From: Botryllus schlosseri
Taxonomy: Eukaryota
NCBI GenBank assembly: GCA_051294905.1
Contig: CM119372.1
Span: 36,582,001-36,646,000, forward strand
Length of the DNA: 64,000 bases
Direction: 5' to 3'
In this document: positions 52,001 to 61,000 of the stretch, in pieces
Numbering within the stretch: the stretch's first letter is position 1
Layout of the letters: each line of letters begins with the position of its first letter
Notes under the pieces: generated by a model
Seen by the model: the letters and a program-made list of their open reading frames with translations, nothing else
Databases searched by the model: none
What the model was told of the DNA's origin: nothing
Made by a program: the position numbers and the translations under genes

Positions 52001-55000
52001 CCTGGAGATTGAGCTTATACGGTTTCGTACTGCAAGACCTTAAACGAGTCTACGATTTGGACGCTCTCAGTAACCTACTGCAAAATAGACATCTGAAACG
52101 ATTCTCCCATTTGCTCTCCAAATGGAAGGCATACCAGTCAAATGGACAGAAAAGGTTCAGTGAAGACAAAATTCCTCCAGAATCCAGACACACATCAAAC
52201 CTGTTAACTTCTATATTTTAACTGCCGACAACACTGTAAAACTATTCGTGTAAGAAAAATGAGGTGCATTGGACTTTTTGTCCGATTCGGAAGAATGGAT
52301 ATATTTGTAATTTCGACATGTATCCCTCAGAATGACAAACATGCCAACGAAATAATATCTACTTAACTGAATCCAAAGGACAAAATTTAGTAAATTGTGG
52401 AATACTGCGCAGTAAATAGGTGCAGTCTAAAACACGACCACTTGAAGAACTAGTGCAGGTAGACAAATTCTACTTGAGTACACCTAGCAAGCGAAATTAT
52501 TTTGTCATTGACCACCATATCACACCGTTCAAAATATTTAAATTTGTTGTCTGCTACGGTTACACTCATCATGTTGTGTTTTGTGTTGCCAACAACTAAC
52601 AGTTTAAATGAGAGAAATGCGATGCATTATCGATCATGTAGAATTTGAAGCACTGTGATTTAATCCTATCCGTGTCGTCACGATGTGAATGGTAGACGTT
52701 CGGTTGCTGACAGGGCTTTGCAGCTGGAGCCGGAGCAATGAGCCGGAGCCCCGGAGCTGTGCATTTTCAACGGAGCCGGAGCTGGATCCGGAGATCTAAA
52801 TAAAATTCTGATGGAGCCGGAGCTGAAGCCGGTTATTTAAAAAGTAGCTCCGGCTCCGATCAATTTTATAAAATGCTATGCTAATAACTTCGGCTGAATT
52901 CACAAAATTTTACGGTAATCGCTCAAAAAATTAAGAATTGTTGGCTCGTTGGCGCCACCTTTTTTAAACTAAGCATGTTCAAATTGTTCAATGTTCATAC
53001 ATAACGCGCAAAACCTGGGTATGCGAGATATGTAGTACATTACTATATACTGGGACGTGGTTACTCGTCATACCCGCAATTTCGTCATCAGCACAACACT
53101 GATGGCCAATAGGGCGGTTCGAAAATATTGATCACTTTGTATTTCACAAAATGGGACTGGTGCTTATGTCAGCTGAGCAAACTAAGTAATGAGTAATTAG
53201 CCAGTGGTTCGCAAAGTGTGGTACGAGTACCTACGGTGGTACACGAGAGCTTGTCAAGTGGTACGCAAAGAGTGCCGTGAGTAATGTCGTATCTCAGATT
53301 GACGAGCTTCTGCATAAGAAACAGATGCAATTATCTCATTATCTCTTGTTATCCGTTGGTGTTGCCGTAAAGTACTAACAGGAATAACCAAAAAACACCG
53401 GTACATTCAAGTAAAATAAGTGATTCAGGTGGTACGACCTGTAGTGAAGAACAAGTTAGTGGTACGCCATGTGGTAAAAAAAAAACTAATTATTGGTACG
53501 CGACGGGAAAAATTTTGAGAAACACTGCATTAGACGAAGCGACGCCAGAGGCTAAACGTGACCTTGCTACACTTGCACATGTCGATTTGGAGGCGCGCAC
53601 GCAGATATACTGTACTCCGTCTATACTCTCGGAATTAGGCGAGCAATATGCCCGTTTTTTGGTGATAGCTTTATAATCATACGTTGAAATTTAACAGTGT
53701 GATAGTGTGTGCCTGCGAATTGGAATTCAATCTTGCGCATGATCGTGTATTGCTGTAAGGATCTGCGAACGTAATTAGAGAAACGCATCCCAGAACGCGA
53801 ATTAGTAGAAAACGAATTTCTACTGATATGGCTGCGACATGGGCAATTAAACAATCCCACAATTTCAAGATTTCAGTCAACTGTATGGCTTGATATAGCA
53901 AGTGCAGCGCCGGTAATAAAACGTCGCATTCGTGTTTTGGGATGCGGTACGCAGCAATGCCCTGGCGTGAGTTCTCATGCGGGTATGACGTTTTCGACAG
54001 TCAACATGGAGTAATTATGACGTCACAGAACTGTGCCACAAAATAACGGGTCGGCTCGACGGCCCCCGGCGCAACGGTAGTTATTGACTACATGACTGAA
54101 CCATTCGATAGTTTACCGAGGTTAAGCTGGAGCCGGAGCAGCGGTATCAATGAGCTCCGGAGCTTGGAGCCGGAGCCAATTCATCATAGAAGAGAGCTGC
54201 GGAGCCGGAGCTGGAGCAGTTTAAAATTTGTGCCAGCTTCAAAGCCCTGGTTACTGAGCGTATTGGTGATATCTGTGCACTTATACAGAGATTAAACAAA
54301 GCTGGACATCTCACCTATAAACGTTGGAGCCTCGACCGCTCCGTTCTTTCGCAGTGCCAAGTTCGCTGTTTGTCCCATTGATACCATAAGATACGATTGC
54401 GAATTGTTCATCGAAGATATGTTCTGCGCAGATAACTGATACATTGATGTAACTCTAACCCATATAGTTGTAACAGTATTTTGTTATTCGATCGCATGTG
54501 GTGAATAAACATATAAAATCGTGTAATCAAAGCAGTTATCGATGCTACTCAAGTATAATCTGGAGCAGGGGTGGGCAGTTATTTTTCCCCGCGGGCCAAA
54601 TGAAGTAGAAAATACATTGGCGGGCCGAGTCAACATTTTAAACTACATTCTGTGGTGTAGTAATTGTATTTCTAAATTGAAAGCAGTGAATAACATTGTA
54701 AATACATGGCGCTCAGTGGATGTATTGAAATTAGGCAGCGAGAAAGTGACGGTTAATTAACAAAAACAATATTTATTCGTCGTCATAATTCAAAACGATG
54801 GTAGGCATGATACATTTTAAATTCTTTTGTTAACCCGGAGACGCGTTTTTGAGATAGGCCTACTATACAAAGCTTTTCTTGGTCGCCTTTCTTTTTTTTT
54901 TGACATCGTTTCATCACGAGCACTGATTGACTTGTTTTAGGAATTAGGGATTTGGAAACGTGTCGCGTAGCAATTCGAAGCACGGATTGTGTAAATGTGT

Positions 55001-58000
55001 CACTGGCAACAAAGAAGGCTTGAACGACACTATGTAAACAGTGACTTTTCGCGTCTTCAATTGTTACGACGCACTTCGCTACATTGGCTTTATTTTGACT
55101 CTCTATTACTCGTATGACGTACGTAGGCTACGTGGTCGACGCAAATAAATAGACAGACTAAATAGTGAACGAATGTCCGGTTCAGTTGATGCAGCCTACG
55201 ATTCTAGTTCACGGATTTACATTCCAAAGTAGGTTTTATGTACTGAATTCCTGGCAACTTTGCGCGAGCCACTGAAAATCGCGTCGCGGGCCACTCAAAA
55301 CGGCGTTGCGGGCCGCATTTGGCCCGCGGGCCGCACTTTGCCCAGGTCTGATCTGGAGTACGGATATCGGAGATGCGCTAACACTACTGGAAGTAGAAGT
55401 ATATCGAAAGGTTCCGAGTGAAATCGAGTGCGTTGATATTATTGGAAAATTATCTTGGGGCAAGGCGTGGTGAACGTTTGCTACTCGATCGCCAGTGGAA
55501 ACTCTAAAATTAAAAGCATGTACTTCTCGACTAAGACAGAATGAACAAAGAAGCAACAATTGTATAAGGTGCAGTGTCGCCCTTTTATTTGCGATGAGGG
55601 AACTATATACAGAGGTGGTCAAAGTAGTCAAGAAAGCTACTCAAGTAGAAGTAGAAGTAGCGACGAAAAAATCTACTCAAGTACAAGTAGAAGTACTTCT
55701 TTCATGAGCAACCTAAAACTACTTGAAGTAGAAGTAGAATTGACTGACTCTAGAAGTACTCAAGTAAGTAAGTAGTTGTGAAAACGATCCTGATTGGATG
55801 GATTATAAAAAGGTGCAAATTGAGCTATGTGATAGGTGACGAGCTTGATTGATATTGATGCATACCAGCAGGTATCCACTTTTCTATAGCATAAGCATTC
55901 GTCCACATCATGGGATGAAAATGATAGTATGGATAAGGAAATGCGATACTAATCCTCTGTTTTCTCGAACAACACGTTTTGGAAAATAGCATGGTATGGC
56001 GTCATCCCCCATATTATAAGGCCCGTAGTTTAGTCGAAGAGCAATATGGAGAAGTTGTATAGGATACAGTGTAAACACTTTGTGCGATTAGTAAACGTTA
56101 ATAAAAGATATGGTGGACCGTAAAATAGCCATATTGTGTAGCTTTATTTCCAGAAATTTAAGGCATTACGGCACTTACTTTTATACTTCAACATGTATGT
56201 TATTCGGATAACAGAACTGATATTAATTATAACTCAAAGTATATGATACTGGGAATTTAAAGTGAAATATAAATACTACTTCTAAAAGCAGAATATGTAT
56301 TTCATGTTTTTAGTCAAGAAAGTTTCAAAGGTGGTATGCTAAAACAGCTCTAAAATTAAAAAAAAAAAACAAAGTTCACTCTTCCAGATTAGGACACGCC
56401 ATGGACATATATGCTAGATTACGATATGACAAGAAAATGCTAGATTGCGAAACATCAGCTTCAAAGGTTATGATGAGCCATACGTACTGTGATGAATTAT
56501 TTCATATGGGTGAAGGGCGACAGTGTGGTGTGAACGGAACCACGCCAACCTTCCACCTAAGTTATATTCACCGATACTTTCGTGAAATCATACTGCATGG
56601 TCACTCCGTATTTACTGGTCGCGAAGCGCGACGAACATTCTGTGCTTTACTAAACGTTTATGAAAATTAAATGGTAATACTCCTTGAAAACAGCCCCGAA
56701 ATTCATCAGGCTATCTTCCTGATTGGAAGATTTAACTACTTCTACTTGACAAACTGAAAATAGCGAAAAGTAAGTAAGTAGATCACAAAATATTAACAAG
56801 TAGAAGTAGAAGTAGCGAAAATCAGATCTACTTGAGTGAGTACCAGAAGTAGAGGAAAACTACTTGAGTACTTCGAAAAAGTAGAAGTACTTCGTTACTG
56901 ACCACCTCTGACTATATATCGGACATACTTGTTAGATTTTGTTTCTTATATCCACATCCAGGAATGACGTTTTAATTGACAGATTTAGACATCTAGCATA
57001 CTTCGTTTCGCAAACTGTTGAAATAGAAATGTTAACATGAAATAAAGAAAACTCCAGACGAGCAAGTATAGGCTATAGAGAAAACTTAATTGAGCATCAG
57101 TTGATCACTCCATACCTAATTTATAGTAGCCAATTTGTTGCACATCTGAAAAAAATACTTATAAGTATTATTATCTTTTTTTTTGTACAACAATTTTTAG
57201 TTGGTTTGTGCGAATGAAATTTATGTTCCAAAAAAAGTGCGAATTGAGCTCAAAAAGGTTGAAAAGCACTGCTCTGTAGCAGTGTTTCCCCAAACTTTTT
57301 GAACGAATAAAGTGCCAGCGTCCCCCGACCCCCTTGCCACGCCTAAATCATAAAACGAAAATTTTTCTGCGTTTATTACAGCTAATCATGAGACATATGA
57401 AGCTGGAATATTATTATCATCATCCTCGTCATATTGGGATGAGTTTTGATAAGAGCAATTTCATTCTAAAATTTCCAGTCTCTATGTACCGTAGGCCTAC
57501 TGTCAATAATTTTGTGGGATTTTCAACCGATGGTATCTGCTGTGATTCAGAAATTTTGTCATGCTCTGGAAACACGTTCTATCAAATATGAGTGGGGAAG
57601 GGCAACGACGAAAAAGTCAACTCGACTTCAGTCAGAGTATTTCAATTTTAGTTAATTGTGCATCAAGAACGATCGACTGGATATATTGAACTTTGAGTTG
57701 AACTCAAAATTGTTCTACACTCAATGTAATCAGCTCGCATCAATCATTTCATGCTTGGAAACTTTACACAATGAATTGATTATCCTGTAAGGAATTTCTA
57801 ATTTGAATATATCTTGTAATCAAATCGCCATATCCTCGTGGAGTGTTCTAAAATTAAGTTTTGTACCCCAAATGGCTTGTTCTAAGATGATTGATTAATT
57901 TTCTCCATCAAAATCGGGTAGCCTTACTCCAGCTGGACCGGTAGCTCATGCAAGCTTGAGAATTGGAACAGTTCACGAGTCTCAGAATTTCGGTGAAATA

Positions 58001-61000
58001 TCACGGTCTTATCACTGAATCCAGACAGTGCCATTTCAGCTTTATCAGGTTTCATCATTACTAAGAACTGATATATTCTACTCATAAATTTTGCAAAATA
58101 TGCCCATCAAGTAGAAGCGATATCGTTTCTAGCAACCAGAACGTCGTGTCGCAGCACAGTGGAAAATCCACGATAGGTTAAAAAATTGAAATAGAGAATA
58201 AACTCACGCAATACAGTTTCTCTTAAAAATCCATCACACCTTGCAGTGAGCAATAACTGCTCAAATACTTCGTAGTTTTCACAGCACACTATGAATCACG
58301 CTTTCTAGGGATTCCACCGACTGCTAATTAGTCCATTGATGGCAGGATCAACATTGTTATGTAGCAATGGAGTTTTCCTGTACAGCTGATTAAATAGACG
58401 GACGACCTTGAATTGTCTTGACTGGATCGATTTTTCATTTTTACTGGTGCTTTTTTCGTCAATCGTTTCAACACTACGCAGCAGTTGCCTTCTAAACCTA
58501 CACCGCCCCATTTGCTCTCCCAGCACCCCCTACCACCCAATTTTATAGCGAGCCCCCCCCCCCCCATTTGATGGTCAGCACCACCTTCACGCTCGCGAAT
58601 GCCCCCAGGGGGCGCTGGCACCAACTTTCGGAACCACTGCTCTATAGAGTATAGTGCCCTTTCGCAATGGAGAGTAGCAGCATTTGTGAATTCTACTTCC
58701 ATACGCCAATGTGGGGCCGGTTCAAGTCCGACCGAGGTATAGACTCCAGTATTCCTCCAAAATGTTGGAGGTTTATCTATCTATCCTCGACCTCCGATTC
58801 GTAAGCAGTGTCTTGAAGGCTATTGCACAATAAAGCGGACCGTGCGATAAGTTGGAATCATAAAATAGGATTATTGGCATGGTGCAAGCAGGGATATCTA
58901 GATATCCCTGGGTGCAAATGACCAGAGATGTCGAAACACTAAGGCTGTTCATCTGTTTTGTTACTTGACCACGTCGAATTACTAATAGGAATATCCTTAC
59001 CTGTGGACACAGGCGACTTCGAAGGCACGGAGTATAAGCGACGCGGAATGATTTTCCATCGTAATTTATCCAATCGTGACTTCGACCAAACTGCAACGGA
59101 AGCGAGTAATTCAGTCAACTTTAGTAGTCAATTGATACCATTATTCGGATTAAGGCGCCGAATTTTTCCATATATTTTTCTGCTTTTATTATTTTTCGGA
59201 AGAGACTCATACCGTGATGAGATTCGACGACTACGAAAATAAAACCTTAGATAATGTCATAGATGTGATATGTATGCGCAGATTTAGCAAAATATGACTT
59301 TCATAGGCAGTTCGCGATTTTTGAAACAAATGCCCAAACTTGGATAAGCTCTATATGACATTGCAATAATTGATATTAATCAGTGTTGGGATGACTCGAG
59401 TCAGGCTCGAGTCAAATTTTTTGCATGACTTGACTTGACTCGAGTCATTTTGCAAAAGTGACTTGACTTGACTCGGCGTGCGTCTCAAAAATGCGGATTG
59501 ACTCGTGACTCGGAGCTAAATTTACGAGTCAATTTCAAGTTATCAAGTAATCGCTGTCGATAAAAATCGCTGTACTTTACAAATGTTCGGATTGTTCTCG
59601 ATGCGCTGGTGTGACTTGTGAGAGCGACAAATCTCCTTCATTCAATGATTTTGCGTTTTACTGCGCCTTCATTGTTTTATCACAAATTATTGACCGCTTA
59701 CAGCGTACGTTGTCGCAGTAGTAAAGTAATATAATAGCAAGGCATCTATCTCTGTTCTCTAGACTGGTCATTAGTATGCTCGGTTAGTCATTAATCACCC
59801 TAATCAAATATCTTGTATGATCTAAATCGAATTCGAATATAGTTTACAAGTTTATATTACTAGTCAAGCATTGGCACAGGCTTAAATCCCATGGATAAGT
59901 AGTTGGGTATGCATCACATCAATTCGTTGCCCCTATCTGAGGTTTCGTATTCTATTCTCTATTTTTGGCGAATTAATAAAGACTGAGGTTATGCAACAGT
60001 TACGTAATTTAGTAGTACTACGCATTCGTGACCTGTACACCGCCATTTTGCATTTAACTCTATATTCATCCCTCGATTTAAAATGAATTACTTGACTTGA
60101 CTCGAGACACCTCCAAAATCGAGTAACTTGACTTGACTCCAGTCACTTTCAAAAATCTATTGACTTGACTTGACTCGAGACGACTTGTGGCTCGAAGGTA
60201 GTGACTTGATCCCAACACCGATAACAATGTCGGCAAGTCGTGTTCATGTAGTTAGATAATATGAAAAAGATTTCGATGCGTAATATCGAAAAATGGGTGA
60301 TATTATTTGATATATATTTTCTATTCAAGTCTTTTTCTGCTGCAAGCACTATAAAGTTGGATGTTGACCTACTTATGCCACGCATTTGAAAAAACTCCTA
60401 GATTTGAACTTAAACACAATTCCAACTGACGGGGTGTAGTCTCCTCCTTTCCGTCTGCAATCGTAGAATCGTAAGCGATGGCACCATATCCTGATCCTGA
60501 GGTCTCTGTCAAGTACGGACACACACTAAGTGACATTTAACCGAACTCATTATAGAACACGCATCCGCTGGACCGATGTCAGTTTTATTGCGAATGAGAT
60601 CGGGTTACGAATAGAAAAACAACTCAAATATATCCGAGGCAATTCCTCGTGGTTGGAGAAACGAAAGTGACTCATTCTTCGTGAATCATAAGGCTCGTTA
60701 CCATACTTTTACAAGAATGCAACTTATCTACAATTTTTATCACAACACAAGTCGTATAATATAATTTTCGTATTGAATTGACTTGTGCAGGACTCGAACA
60801 ACTTATATGATTCGAGACTTGAGCGGCCAGGACGGGCATTTCATTACAACCTCGAAGAAGAGTAAAGTTACAACATTATAATTACAATAATTATTGGTAT
60901 TTCGTATGTAATTAATGGTATTTAAAAAACCCGACCAGAAGCAGTTGAGAGTGAGTAAAATTAGAGTATTACGAATGTGGAGTGTTCGATATTAGCCAAG

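Noticed and set aside
33879..54423. Bacterial contamination as the source of the lyase
   Set aside because: The coding sequence is split by GT-AG introns filled with the same MITE families as the rest of the window.
58107..58400. Apparent lyase exon VCCENYEVFEQLLLTARCDGFLRETVL with a gtgagt donor
   Set aside because: It lies inside the TIR/TSD-bounded hAT element 57280-58639 and is not needed for frame continuity.
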